Notes: a model not told the origin generated them from the sequence alone. 62,900 nt of DNA, filler included, from Octopus bimaculoides (GCF_001194135.2; 3 parts of 2 records of this genome joined end to end with filler, not necessarily neighbours in it); one strand, 5' to 3'; shown: positions 14,194 through 28,699, counted from the first letter of the whole stretch. Numbers and translations are program-made.

Positions 14194-14633
14194 TATATAT
14201 AATTGTTGTATACTATCCGATAACATCAGTTCCTGCAGGTCAAAGTTACATTTACTCAAGACGCTGGTTTGAGACCTTGCTAATAAATTCAGGGAGAAAA
14301 TGTCGGAATTCTTGCGCTTGACCGGCCTCTCAGCTCAGCCGCATCCATCTACCAACCATTGTTGGTAGTCTTGTATGGAATCCGTTTGGTATTCATCATT
14401 GTTCGTAGAATTATTCCTGATCGATATTTAGCTGTCCTCGAGAGTTAGAAATGATTTCTCTTATCAGTTGATATCCATGTAGGAGATAATACGTATCACT
14501 GGTCCAAAGACAGATTGCATTGCTTTGATCTTTCATTCGCACCGATTCTAGTTCTGAGTGATTCTCATGGAATCACTTCAAAGTATGTCGCAGCCTCATC
14601 GCCATAAGTTATCATGGCTCGTATATATTACGT

Positions 14634-14760
14634 GAAGGCGCGTGACCTAGTGATTCAGGTATTGACTCATGATTGTAGGATTTCGGTTTCGATTCCAGAA
14701 GTGAGTAATTCATTGTGTTCTTGAGCAAAGCACTTCATTTCACTCAACTGGAAATGATTA
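14634..14760 (+). mobile_element. tRNA-derived SINE family D, head region
   Basis: A-box-like ggcgcgtgacctagtg, B-box-like gtttcgattcc, then the conserved gtgttcttgagcaaagcacttcat shared with other copies. Confidence 0.75.
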
Positions 14761-14821
14761 AATGTACACGAATACATATTAAATTTCATTCAATTTTAAA
14801 GAAGGTAAAATCAGACAGAAC

Positions 14822-15146
14822 TTATGGGATGACCTGGAAATGTCTGAACCACCCGTACACCTGTGTGCGCCTCAAACACATCTCTCCGTACACTTTCTGC
14901 AACTTTGCGTAGGCCTCTGAGCAGGTATCGCCATGACAACTTTCTCTGTTATGGTCAATGCGATGACCACACGCGACAAACCTTCCTTTCAAGCACTTCT
15001 GTAAACAGCGGAAGTTAGCTAGAACGTTAAAGCAGTGCACATGCACAGCAGTGTTCAAGGCCAATTTTTGCCAAGCGGCTTTACTCTGCGTGTTTTAACT
15101 TTGTTACTATTGCATCAGTCCGGATATTTATTGATCATACTTCGTA
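14822..15146 (-). mobile_element. Mariner-family DNA transposon, 5' end (TIR plus N-terminal HTH fragment)
   Basis: Minus strand begins TACGAAGTATGATCAATAAATATCCGGACT (mariner-type TIR) and encodes GDTCSEAYAKLQKVYGEMCLRRTQVYGWFRHFQ, like mariner transposase helix-turn-helix regions. Confidence 0.85.
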
Positions 15147-16077
15147 AAAAAACTAGATCGATAGAGAGATAGACAGACAGACAGACTGACTGACTGAGAG
15201 TGAGAGAGACAAACAGATGGACAGACAGACATACAGACAGACAGATACATACATACATACATACATACATACATACATACATACATACATAAACAGGAAG
15301 GTAGTTATTCCAGTTATTTCAAGTCACGAGACACGAAGAAAGTTTCTCGTGACCTGCAGGCCCCACTCTCTAAATAAGAAATAAGATGTCTATATTGGCA
15401 GATTGTAAGGTAATGTCATAAAAGAAGAAAGCTTTAAACCTTGGTTACAACTTCCGCTATCAATCATTCTCCTGGCCAAAACGTTACAATTTTTCTGTCT
15501 GTCTTCACACACACACACACACACACACACACATTCGTATACATACACACACACACAAGTTATTTAATTGAATTGACTTTCGTTGACTCGTATCGGCATG
15601 GCTTACCCCTGAGCTTGAGTTTTGTGTTTGTCTTGAGAGCTGTTTGTTTGACAAGGATATCATATTGAAGAATTATCAATTTTCAACAATAATACCTTTT
15701 CTTTCCATTCATAATTCAATATATTCTGCTATTGTGTACGATTGATTAAAGGTATACATTCTCACATTGTATACAATGAGTGAGATAGTTATATTATGTG
15801 TGTGTGTATACATACATGTGTTGNNNNNNNNNNNNNNNNNNNNNNNNNNNNNNNNNNNNNNNNNNNNNNNNNNNNNNNNNNNNNNNNNNNNNNNNNNNNN
15901 NNNNNNNNNNNNNNNNNNNNNNNNNNNNNNNNNNNNNNNNNNNNNNNNNNNNNNNNNNNNNNNNNNNNNNNNNNNNNNNNNNNNNNNNNNNNNNNNNNNN
16001 NNNNNNNNNNNNNNNNNNNNNNNNNNNNNNNNNNNNNNNNNNNNNNNNNNNNNNNNNNNNNNNNNNNNNNNNNNNNN

Positions 16078-16210
<133 letters not shown>

Positions 16211-16394
16211 TACACACACATACATTATATATAAATACACATATATATATACACACACGCACAAACACACATATATATACATATATATTTATATGTAAAC
16301 AAATACATATAAATACGTTTACATATACATATGCACGTGTATGTGTACATATATTCTGGAAGTTGTACAATATATTAAAAACCTATACAAATAG

Positions 16395-16397
16395 ATG

Positions 16398-16478
<81 letters not shown>
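16395..16478. repeat. (GATA)n microsatellite
   Basis: Directly visible. Similar tracts lie near 35150-35200 and 54385-54463. Confidence 0.95.
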
Positions 16479-16479
<1 letters not shown>

Positions 16480-17428
16480 AGCAAACAAAACTTTCTCTTC
16501 TCTCTTTGATAAACTCTAAACGTCAATATTTTTTCCTTTACTCGCGGCAATTATATGACATTTCTCTTTATTAGTTACTACGTCTCTTATAAAAGTTAGC
16601 CACATTAATTTATGAGTGCATGAGTGTCTGTGTACGCGAATGTGTGTGCATTTGTGTGTCTGTGTGTATCAGTAAATACATACATATATNNNNNNNNNNA
16701 TATATATATATATATATACATTGATGATGAGGTGTTTAGCTCACTTGTGATCTAAAGGAATAGGTACGCTGTGTAAGTGCTAGAGTTGGTCGTCCTTTAG
16801 GTTCCAAAATCACAGCTAAGGCTGGATCTAGGGATCCGTATTACGGTTCCGTTACAGAAGCTATATACTATATTAGAGGAAAAATCAAAATACAAGGCAG
16901 AACGAGTATCATTTACTATGATTTAGTTAGGGTAATGAGAATTTGAAGTCTTACACCCGTTTTGGGGATAACCCAAGTGGTTGGTTAGCATATCCGTGCA
17001 CTGAGTAAACTGTCATCAGAGACGACGTATGGATATTTTAGACAGGAAAAATTTACAGTTTAAAAGGAATAAATTTCACAATTTATAAGGAATAAAATAG
17101 GAGAATAAAGAGTAAAACTAGTTACAAGAATATCGGCAGAAGAATAATGTTCACAACTCATCTTTTTCGAGAGGATATGGTTGTTGGTCGGAAATTGTAT
17201 GAAGGGACAGGTTTTTATATATTTAGTTAAAATCCCAGGAATTTAATTAACAGTCGCACTGACATTATAACAACAGGTTAATAGCAATTCCAGCTCATAT
17301 CTTATTCCAACCAGCTTAGCATCACATTATTTCAGCCCAACATGAGCAAACCATTAACACAGAGACATCCTAACCAACATGAGCGCTATCACCCCTTTTA
17401 CCACGACCGCCGTCTCCACCATCAACAC

Positions 17429-17480
<52 letters not shown>

Positions 17481-18053
17481 NNNNNNNNNNNNNNNNNNNN
17501 NNNNNNNNNNNNNNNNNNNNNNNNNNNNNNNNNNNNNNNNNNNNNNNNNNNNNNNNNNNNNNNNNNNNNNNNNNNNNNNNNNNNNNNNNNNNNNNNNNNN
17601 NNNNNNNNNNNNNNNNNNNNNNNNNNNNNNNNNNNNNNNNNNNNNNNNNNNNNNNNNNNNNNNNNNNNNNNNNNNNNNNNNNNNNNNNNNNNNNNNNNNN
17701 NNNNNNNNNNNNNNNNNNNNNNNNNNNNNNNNNNNNNNNNNNNNNNNNNNNNNNNNNNNNNNNNNNNNNNNNNNNNNNNNNNNNNNNNNNNNNNNNNNNN
17801 NNNNNNNNNNNNNNNNNNNNNNNNNNNNNNNNNNNNNNNNNNNNNNNNNNNNNNNNNNNNNNNNNNNNNNNNNNNNNNNNNNNNNNNNNNNNNNNNNNNN
17901 NNNNNNNNNNNNNNNNNNNNNNNNNNNNNNNNNNNNNNNNNNNNNNNNNNNNNNNNNNNNNNNNNNNNNNNNNNNNNNNNNNNNNNNNNNNNNNNNNNNN
18001 NNNNNNNNNNNNNNNNNNNNNNNNNNNNNNNNNNNNNNNNNNNNNNNNNNNNN

Positions 18054-18112
<59 letters not shown>

Positions 18113-18179
18113 TGTATGTATCAGTAATTCACACACACAAAAAAAAAGTATGATAGTTTTGGCAACGAAAGGAACTCAC

Positions 18180-18253
18180 CATGACAATGATGATGGCTAA
18201 ACTAGCAGAAGACACGGAAACCATAGAAGCGTTGACGACTTCCTTGACTGTTT
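18180..18253 (-). CDS. Candidate internal exon, 74 nt (xTVKEVVNASMVSVSSASLAIIIVM), possibly the start of a transmembrane helix
   Basis: Acceptor tttcccttttaagtgttgtaacag, donor ATG|GTGAGT, open frame, unique sequence. No homology recognised. Confidence 0.35.
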
Positions 18254-18424
18254 CTGTTACAACACTTAAAAGGGAAACTTGAAAGGACGGTCGATGTAAA
18301 ATAGATGTAGTCTTTGATAAAATCGGCGAATCAAGTGAAAGGTGTGAAAGCGATGAAAAAAACCGCATCAAACGCCAGGACTTCGTCACCGCCAAAACCT
18401 CGTCACCCGAAGCAAATATATTTT

Positions 18425-18645
18425 TTACCATTTATTTTTTAGTTGTGTTAGTCATTGGACTGAGGCCATACTGGGGCACCGCTTTGAAGAATTTTTAGTC
18501 GAATGAATCGGGCCTGATGCGTATTTTGTTTACGCCTGGTACGTATTCCATCGATCTCTTTTTGACGAATCACAAAATTACAGGGAAGTAAACACACCAA
18601 CAATGGTTATCAAGCGATGGTGGGGAACAAACACAGACACGAAAA
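18425..18645 (-). mobile_element. SINE family A, 3' half, diverged
   Basis: Reverse complement matches family A (gtaaacacaccaac...caagcgatggtgggg.acaaacacagacac). Confidence 0.8.
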
Positions 18646-18655
18646 CAACCACACA

Positions 18656-18696
<41 letters not shown>

Positions 18697-19172
18697 NNNN
18701 NNNNNNNNNNNNNNNNNNNNNNNNNNNNNNNNNNNNNNNNNNNNNNNNNNNNNNNNNNNNNNNNNNNNNNNNNNNNNNNNNNNNNNNNNNNNNNNNNNNN
18801 NNNNNNNNNNNNNNNNNNNNNNNNNNNNNNNNNNNNNNNNNNNNNNNNNNNNNNNNNNNNNNNNNNNNNNNNNNNNNNNNNNNNNNNNNNNNNNNNNNNN
18901 NNNNNNNNNNNNNNNNNNNNNNNNNNNNNNNNNNNNNNNNNNNNNNNNNNNNNNNNNNNNNNNNNNNNNNNNNNNNNNNNNNNNNNNNNNNNNNNNNNNN
19001 NNNNNNNNNNNNNNNNNNNNNNNNNNNNNNNNNNNNNNNNNNNNNNNNNNNNNNNNNNNNNNNNNNNNNNNNNNNNNNNNNNNNNNNNNNNNNNNNNNNN
19101 NNNNNNNNNNNNNNNNNNNNNNNNNNNNNNNNNNNNNNNNNNNNNNNNNNNNNNNNNNNNNNNNNNNNNNNN

Positions 19173-19227
<55 letters not shown>

Positions 19228-19925
19228 ATATATCTATCTATCTCTCTCTCTATCTATCTATCTCTCTCTCCATCCTTTCTGTTTGCGTGTCTGTCTTTCT
19301 CTTTCTCGCTCCGTCTTTCTCCTCTTTCGTTAGACTCTCTGCCTACCTCCCTCATCGCTGTCTCCCTCTCTCCCTTTCTTATTTAAGTTTGACTATCTCT
19401 GTCTCACCCTCCCAATGTCTCTCTTCTCCCCTATCTCTCCATCAATCTCCTTTCTCTCTCTTTCTCTCTCTCTCTCTTCAACCGACATCGAAGCCTCATT
19501 CTTTCAATGCTGTATTTCAATAGGAGGCTTTTATCCTCGATCATTGATCTGCCAAGCGGTGCATTTCGGCCAAAAGTACTTTCACTTGCAGAAACTCCAG
19601 TCTCTTAGTCACAACATTGACCTACAAATTACTTCACCTGGCACTTAACAGAATGCGACCCGGTCTTTTCTCAACAGTTTCACAGCCCTCCAAGTTCCCA
19701 CAACTTCACTTATAACATTCTCTCTCAGATAACAAGTTACAATTACAGATTGACTAAGATACGAAACTAGTTATAGTATATAGATTGACGAAGATACGAA
19801 CAAACAAGCTTGGTGTTTAGAAACGGAGCCTGTGGCATTAATAACAAAATCTGATAAAGAAATAAAGAACAACGTAAATAAAAGTCTGATGAAATACATA
19901 TACATACATACATACATATATAATA

Positions 19926-19989
<64 letters not shown>

Positions 19990-20652
19990 TGCATGTATGT
20001 GTATATATATATATACATATATACACATATATATATATATATACAAATTAAATATATATATATAAGCGTATGTATGTATATGTGTGCGTATGTATAACAT
20101 AATAAGAAGGAATACGTAAATAAATATTAAAAAAAGGGCGATATTGGAAACTACTTGTCTATTTTGCTTGTTGATATTATCTAAATGGCGACCAATTTGT
20201 TGATAATGTTTCTTGTGGTTGATTGATAGATTTATAAATAACACTAAACAGATGTGTGTTGAATCGGGAGATAAAGAGCTAATGGCCAATAATTGTGGCA
20301 GGACAGAGCAAACGATAGAACATTTAAAGTTTTCTGGATGGGGGTGTTGGAGGGCAAATAAGAGCTGTCGGTTGGGAAGTGGTTGTTACTGCCGTTGTAG
20401 CTTAACCCCAGATCAACTCTGACTGAGAAGACGGAGATCCAAAGCGTTCCAGCCAAGACCATCTCATCTTTCATCTAGGAAGTGTATAACTGATGAAAGT
20501 GTCAGATTCATAACAGCGTCGGATAAACTGTTTCGTTTAATAGTTCTGGCTCTCTACGCAAAGGTCAGCTTTGTCGTTCATCCCGATAAGCGAAGTTCCA
20601 ATCGTCTCCTGGAGCAGATCCTACTCCTTCTCTTACTCTTTATTTCTAACAG

Positions 20653-20764
20653 ATTTTCCCCCTTCTAGAAGGATCGACAGAAGTGAGTCCTGGACAGAGG
20701 CAGGCTCCACCAGGTCCGAAGTATCCACGATACACTGTAATAGCACAAATGTTAAATCAAACCC
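20653..20764 (+). CDS. Candidate internal exon, 112 nt (xFPPSRRIDRSESWTEAGSTRSEVSTIHCNSTNVKSN)
   Basis: Acceptor tctttatttctaacag and donor CC|GTGAGT in a GC-richer unique island. Two frames are open, and the strand assignment is uncertain. Confidence 0.25.
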
Positions 20765-21108
20765 GTGAGTCTCCTGGTGTACAGTTTGTACAAAGGAGAT
20801 AATCCCTTCTTCGTAATATTTGACGAGATTAGAAGCTTGAATCTGAAATTAAGAAATTAGAAGGGAAAAAGTACATATTTAATGGGGGCTTTTTCTACTT
20901 TCATATTACGAATGTCATAAAATTTTATAGTCATAATTAATTAGATATGTATAGAAAGGACTTTGACCATAACACTATCTGGCCCAGGGTCAGTGGTCAA
21001 ACGACAATAACAACAATCTTAAACGTAGAAACAAAGTTAACATATTTCGATAATCTAGTTAAATAAGTCTACCTGTATAGACGTCTGTGTGTCTGTGTGT
21101 GTGTGTGT

Positions 21109-21308
21109 GAAGGGGCGTGGCATAATGTTTCAGGTATTCGGCTCATGATCGTAACGTCGTAAGTTCGATTCCTGGCGGCGCGTAATGTCCTTAAGCAAGA
21201 TACTTTATGTGACTGTGGAGTACTCAGCCACTTACACGCTAATGTCACAAGCAGTCTGTTCCGTTGATCGGAACAAATCGAACACTCGTCGTCGTAACCG
21301 ATCGAGAG
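21109..21308 (+). mobile_element. SINE family D, internally deleted copy (tRNA head joined to 3' tail)
   Basis: B-box gttcgattcc and gtccttaagcaagatactt, followed by the tail ctgttccgttgatcgga...ctcgtcgtcgtaaccga that matches the reverse complement of 49395-49460. Confidence 0.75.
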
Positions 21309-21367
21309 TCATTTTCTCTTTGTTTCCAACAATGAGTGTGTGTGTGTGTGTGTGTGCCTGTGTGTGC

Positions 21368-21412
<45 letters not shown>

Positions 21413-21437
21413 TGTATTTACGCCCGTGTGGTTCGTC

Positions 21438-21554
21438 TAGGCTTTGGTCGGCCTGAGGTTATAGTAGAAGACACTTGCCGAAGTTGCTATGACTGAACCC
21501 GGAACCAAATGGTTGGGAAGAAAGCTACTTACCACACAGCCACTCTTGTGCCTA
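21438..21554 (-). mobile_element. SINE family A, 5' head
   Basis: Matches 58875-59009 on the same strand and 61156-61360 in reverse complement. Confidence 0.85.
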
Positions 21555-21676
21555 TATGCATACAGNNNNNNNNNNNNNNNNNNNNNNNNNNNNNNNNNNN
21601 NNNNNNNNNNNNNNNNNNNNNNNNNNNNNNNNNNNNNNNNNNNNNNNNNNNNNNNNNNNNNNNNNNNNNNNNNNNN

Positions 21677-21717
<41 letters not shown>

Positions 21718-21777
21718 ATATATATGTATGTATGTATGTATTTTTGTGTGTATGTGTGTATGTATGCATGTTTGTAT

Positions 21778-21985
21778 TTGTGTGTCTGTGTTTCTCCCAC
21801 CCACCATCACATGACAACCGATGTTGGTGTGTTAGCGTCCTCGTAACTTAGCGATTCGGCAAAAAGATTCCGATGGCATAAGTACTAGGCTTACAAATAA
21901 TAAATCCTGGAGTCGATTCTGACTAAAGGCGGTGCTCCAGCATGGCCGCAGTCAAATGACTGAACCAAGTAAAATAGTAAAAGAA
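21778..21985 (+). mobile_element. SINE family A, 3' half
   Basis: gactaaaggcggtgctccagcatggccgcagtcaaatgactgaa is shared with 61620-61670. Confidence 0.9.
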
Positions 21986-22277
21986 TATATATATATGTGT
22001 GTGTGTATACATACATACATATATATCTATGCATGTATGTAGCTATGTGTGTGTGTGTGTGTGTCTGCTGTACGCAACAGTATGGACGCCCATCATGATT
22101 CCGTTTACTTTTCACTGTATTCTACATCAACAAAGCATTTATTGATTCTACACCGAATTTTCCTCTTGTCACCGTTGCCATGCCAACAACAGCGAAACGT
22201 GATTTATGTATGTGCATATAGTACGCGTACATACATTATATAATTTAGATATATATATATACACACACACACCTATG

Positions 22278-22325
<48 letters not shown>

Positions 22326-22429
22326 NNNNNNNNNNNNNNNNNNNNNNNNNNNNNNNNNNNNNNNNNNNNNNNNNNNNNNNNNNNNNNNNNNNNNNNNNNN
22401 NNNNNNNNNNNNNNNNNNNNNNNNNNNNN

Positions 22430-22467
<38 letters not shown>

Positions 22468-22904
22468 TTGTGTGTGTATATATATTTGTGTGTGTATGTA
22501 TGCATGTATGTATGTATATTTAAGAGTAAATAATTGAATGAATGTTACAACAATACATTTGTTTCTCTCCAAACGGGAGGCCATCAACCATTAAAATCTC
22601 TTTGCCAGTTATTGCTATATATAGACCTGTCATGGTTACCCAATGGTAACAACACAATCACAGTGGAGATATTTAATGTAAAAAGAGGAGATATATAACT
22701 GCGAAATAAGGAGAAAGTAGTGGGGTGGGGTTGATTTTATTGAAATATTAATGGAATGGTACCATACTAGTAAAAATAAAATTAAATTTGTCTTGGGAAA
22801 TGTATAAATGTATATTTGTTTTCAAGTGGCTCGTAAAATCTAATCACACATTCTGAAGATGATTTTGCTATATGTTATGTTTTCGCATAGTGTTGTCACA
22901 TGAA

Positions 22905-22970
<66 letters not shown>

Positions 22971-23944
22971 GAAGTCCTTTTATTCTATTTTCATATTTTG
23001 GCTGCTGATGTTTTGTGACATTGAAGTAACAATGATTCATACGTATATCCTTACACTTGCTAACCTGATTTTACAAATATTTTGTTTTCTTTTCTAAGTA
23101 AATTCAGTAAACCTACCGTTTCTAAAAGCTATTCTTATTTGTTTTTCATTCAAGATATGATACGATATGGCTCACTCCTGCATTTGTCCAGTACCATCAA
23201 ATATAATGATATAACCATTTTCTACAGAGTGATACCACGATGCCTATATCACCACTCTTTATCATTATGTTATTTTTATCATTCATACTTTCAGAAATAC
23301 TTTAAAAATTTCTTTACTTGAAAAAAGAATGAGGGAACATCCAAGAAAACTTTGAGTTTTCTTTAGATTCAACAGAAGTGGTTAACGTTAAGAAACGTTG
23401 ACATAGTCCCAGTTCATAGTATTACAATTCTAATTTAGTATGTCCTTATGTCTATCCTTATAAATAGTCACTCTACGTCTTTTCCCAATCACAAATAGGA
23501 TTATAGATACATAATGGTTTAATCCACCATCTAATTTAATGAAATTTTCTAAAATGCCGTCTCACTTCTGCCCAACATTAAAGTTATTTGGTATTACTTT
23601 GACGTTAAATAACATATTGTCAATGTTTTCGCGGAGAATGATGTGGTAATTATCAAGTGCTATTCTATGGCAGTCTATCTAATATAATTCCATGATATAT
23701 CTCTACATTTTATTTTTTTAAAACAGAGAGAAGTTCATATGTGTACCACTGATAAGCTTCGATTGATAAACATAAGATCAAAGTGCTGCGATCGATCTAA
23801 GCAAATTATATCCTGCCCTGAAACGTCTTGGCTGTGTGCCAGTAAAATAAACTCATTCAACCAATAAAATATCTATTGCAATCGCATCGCGCTTTTCGTC
23901 TTGTCTGTTTACCTTTGTGATGAGTTACGTCAATCTATTTAGAA

Positions 23945-23950
23945 ATATTA

Positions 23951-24009
<59 letters not shown>

Positions 24010-24010
24010 G

Positions 24011-24080
<70 letters not shown>
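23945..24080. repeat. (ATT)n microsatellite
   Basis: Directly visible. Confidence 0.95.
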
Positions 24081-24201
24081 CCTATATTAACCAAAATGAA
24101 GTAGATTGACAAATTTATTTTTTGAACCAGTGGAAGACACGCAAGATGTCGAAATATTGTTCACAAGATAGCAAATGGCACTCTTCTTTTAATTTTGACT
24201 C

Positions 24202-24202
<1 letters not shown>

Positions 24203-24253
<51 letters not shown>

Positions 24254-24627
24254 TCTTCGTAATACAGTGAAGGTAAAAATGCACCGGAGACTTTAGTGAT
24301 CTCTGAAGTCACATCAAGGACCTCAGACAGATAATATTTCCCTTAAGATGTGCGCTGTTTCTGATAAGGCTGCTTTTACAAGACATCAATCTTGCATCGG
24401 ATTTCCAGTTGCCTTAAGAAGTTTTGAAGTTTCAATGGGGTTGAGCCCAACGCTCCGATCACCACTGGTATCACATTTACGTTACCCTCTCGCATCCCAT
24501 ACAGTCTTGCCATTTCCACTTTCAATTCACAGTAATTGGTGATTCTTTCAACCTCTTTACTCACAACATTCATGTCATGTGGTATAGCTACATCAATGAT
24601 CTGACAGTATTTGTCTCTCTTATTCAA
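24203..24627 (-). mobile_element. R4/Dong-type non-LTR retrotransposon, 5'-truncated RLE endonuclease end with (TAA)n tail
   Basis: ORF 24376-24627 reads CQIIDVAIPHD...KEVERITNYCELKVEMARLYG...VIPVVIGALGSTP, then a frameshifted AALSETAHILREIL. This matches the D..K motifs of RLE domains. A ~70-nt 3' UTR follows, and (AAT)n lies on both sides. Confidence 0.9.
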
Positions 24628-24654
24628 TTATCATTATCATTATTATTAATATTA

Positions 24655-24694
<40 letters not shown>

Positions 24695-24967
24695 TATTAT
24701 TGCTGTTGTTGTTGTCGTTGTTGTTGTTAATATCATCATCATCATCATCATCATCATCTTTATCTCGGCTTTGTATACTTGTTCCTAGTTTTCTGTGTCA
24801 TATTGTTTTATCTTCTGTCATTTAATATTTTTGTATGTTTTTTTAATGCACAAAGGAAAAAAAAGAAATTTGTTTTGTTGGCAAGTTGCCGAAGAGGAAT
24901 AAATGAATGCAGCGATGTTTGGTTGTAGTCTATGAGGAAGTCGACATTGGGAAGAGTTGTAGTCAAT

Positions 24968-25008
<41 letters not shown>

Positions 25009-25451
25009 GTACACACACATACAGACATACACACACAAACACTTCCATACACACATATGCGTATATGAGAATAAATATACACAGTGACACAGACACATAC
25101 ACAAATATATTAACATACACACACATAACCAACCACATGTATACATATATTTTTATATATTTGTATATGTGTGTACACATATATGAATGCATGTATCTAT
25201 GTATTTATAAGTGTATGTATGCGTGTATGTTTTGATGTACGTGTACACATATACACATACATACAAGCATGCACACACATACATATATATACACAGGAAC
25301 TTTTAAAATTTAGCTTTCGAAACGTGTACATACACTCGTACATACATACATACATACATATATATATAGTTGAAATTTACAGAAAAACAGAAGACGAACA
25401 CAGGTGTATAAACAGCAAACAGTTTAAAGCTCGGGAATGTGAGAAAGTCTT

Positions 25452-25558
25452 TCCCAGTCACATGGTCTCGGGTTCAGTCCCACTGCGTGGCGCCTTGGCC
25501 TCGGGGCCGGCCAAAACCTTGTGAGTGGATTTAGTAGACGGAAACTGAAAGAAGTACG
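25452..25558 (+). mobile_element. SINE family A, 5'/middle fragment
   Basis: ggttcagtcccactgcgtgg...ccttgtgagtggatttagtagacggaaactgaaagaag. Confidence 0.85.
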
Positions 25559-27298
25559 TGTGTGGGGGGAGGGGTGTTGTGTCCGTGTTTATTTTAATCT
25601 CTCCAGACAACATATATATATAAATGAATGCACACACACACACACACACACATGCACCATTTTACTATTTTACCAATCGATAAAAGAATTCTCATCAGGA
25701 CTGGCCAAGATTCAGACAAATATTTATGAGCAATAATTAAACCGGCAATGGATTTATTAAAGTTTCATAGAGCAGTTTGTGGAAGTAAAATACACATGAA
25801 AATCTTACTAGAATTAAATCCACTTTGAAGTATTTGAAAAGGTCACCGAAGGAGATGTTTCCAACGGAGTGTGTCTATGTATATGCTTGTTCCTCTGTTA
25901 AATTTAAACATACGTATACAGTTATCAACAGATTGATATTGATGGGTGGATAACAGGCTCTTGGAATCCTTCTACATACATAAAGTTAAAGACTAATGTA
26001 TAAATGTATGTTGTGTGTGTTATTTAATGGTGCTGTAAATATATATTTTGCAAACAGTTCGATTTAAGCAATGGTGAATGTATATCTATTTTGATCCACT
26101 TTTCAAAACGTCGCCATCATTTATAACACACTCCTCTCTCTCTGTCTCCAGTTGTAATCTCTCTTTTTATGTGTATCTCTCATTTACTATCTTTCTGTAT
26201 TTCTTTGTTCCAGGCAGAGTAGGAGAAAGAGAAAAATATTGAAAGATTGAAATGAAAATGTAGAAAAAAAAATAGTTTGACGTCACAAAAAACGTACCAC
26301 CGCAACATTGTTCGTTTACTTCCATCTCTGTCCCTTTAACTCTTTATTGAAATATTGCACCAAATGAATAACTCCGAGTAACGAATGTTCAAAACAGCTT
26401 TGAACGAATATCGAACTGTAATACAGGAGTATTCTTTCTTCCATGTTAACTTTCAGTCTCGCACAAGAAGTTGCTCCACCCATGACAGTCCCATATTTTA
26501 TTTCAGCTATACCATTTCCTTAATTTATTTTTATAGCAAAGTGTGATTTCTGGGAGGCAGAGCTGCCACTTAGAGAATATCTTTAATGCCTCAGAACGAC
26601 TTAGAGAGATGCAAAAGAATATAAAACATTCCACGTTTATTTCAGTATTTGGTGTAAATGGATTTTGTGTCGGAATTATCTGCTAAAACCGTTAATACTG
26701 TTAAAAGACACGCAATAAAATTCAACCAATTAAATATACATTTTACAAAAAAAAAGAGCAAAACAAATAAACTAATGTCTTCGCCTATTTATCCCAGTTC
26801 ACCCCGCCCCCACCCCCATCTTCTATACTAGACTTTGGTTGGTGTCAGTCATTTTATCTTTAAAATACACATTTAACTGATTCTGCTGAGTGCATAGTGT
26901 TTCGCGTTGATGCCTTTATTTAACTACCACCTTTCAGTTTGAAGAGAAATATGTGTGTGAGTAGAGGAGGTAGTACTGAAGTGGTGGAGGGTTTCTGGTG
27001 AGCAGACCTTGTTTACGATGTCTAGTTCGATTCATTACGATGTTGGTGTTCAATTCCCATTGGAGTTGATTTTACATTTCATCAATCTGTTGGAGTTGAT
27101 TTAATTGACGGAAAGCACTCTTGTGGAAAACATGGCCTCAAGGCTTCTGTGGACTTATTTACATACTTAGATTAAAATATCTATCAGTATATATTTCTAT
27201 CTGTCTATCTGTCTGCATGTCTGTCTGTCCGTCTGTCTGTCTGTCCGTCTGTCTGTCTGTCAATCTACCGATAAATCTATCTATTGATATATCTATCC

Positions 27299-27332
<34 letters not shown>

Positions 27333-28336
27333 NNNNNNNNNNNNNNNNNNNNNNNNNNNNNNNNNNNNNNNNNNNNNNNNNNNNNNNNNNNNNNNNNNNN
27401 NNNNNNNNNNNNNNNNNNNNNNNNNNNNNNNNNNNNNNNNNNNNNNNNNNNNNNNNNNNNNNNNNNNNNNNNNNNNNNNNNNNNNNNNNNNNNNNNNNNN
27501 NNNNNNNNNNNNNNNNNNNNNNNNNATATGGATATTAAGTGTTAAGACTGAAAATTGCTTCTTCCATCTTCAACCGTTTAATTCTGTTAAGTATATATAT
27601 GTTGTCTACTAACGTTTTTCTTTCTAGTTTCTTTTGTATCGTATCGTATGATGTACATCGCAATCTCCGGTGAGAGAATCTGTATGACAATTGTGCGCGT
27701 AATGTAACTTATAAAAGTTTACAATTTTAACGTTTGCAATCGAATTTTAAAATCACATTAGTCATGAGTAATTTTATGCTTGTGTTTTGCGATACACAAG
27801 AGAAAGAGTAATTTCTAATCTTGGTGCTATTTTATGGAGTTTTGCGTTGTTTTTGGTGTTTTTTTCATAATAAATTCATCTGTACTGTAGTTCGTTTGAA
27901 TTTAATTCATTTTATTTTAATATAAACGTTGGAGTCCATTCAATAAGTTTGTTGATCGAAGAATTTGTTGCGTAGCATTTCTTCCTGCTTTGTTCCTTGA
28001 TTTAGTCTGTTAGTGTCAGAATATTCTATTGGCGGCTCAGTCTGACGTTATGCTATGCATAAGAAGAAATATGGTGATGGATTAAAGAATCTTACAGTTC
28101 TACACGAACTGCACGCAACACGTACCATTATATGAAAAAAAAAATGGAACCCTTCATAAAAAACAAATTTCGAATATATGAACACACACACACACACACA
28201 TATATATACATACATATATATACCCATGCACACATATATATATATATGATATTAATACACACACATATAATATTAATACGCATATATAAACATAGGTATG
28301 GATATAACATACATCTCTACTACATATATGCATATG

Positions 28337-28438
<102 letters not shown>

Positions 28439-28667
28439 TTGTGTACACTTCAGTTCTTCTGCAATGCCATTCTTCATATTAACTTGCAACAAAAGCCACA
28501 TAAATGTCTCTGTCTGAAATACTAATGAGACTATTTCGAAATGGGGAATGGAGCAGAAAATTTCTGATTGTATTTTAAGATTTGTTCTTACCATGAAACC
28601 AATTCAATTGAAAACCCTTTATTGTCATCACAATTTCACAAAAATAACAACAACAACCACCACCACC

Positions 28668-28699
<32 letters not shown>

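Noticed and set aside
14634-14710. tRNA genes at the SINE heads (also 21109, 43198, 61156, 61780)
   Set aside because: A/B-box-like motifs are present, but no cloverleaf can be formed and each continues into a SINE body.
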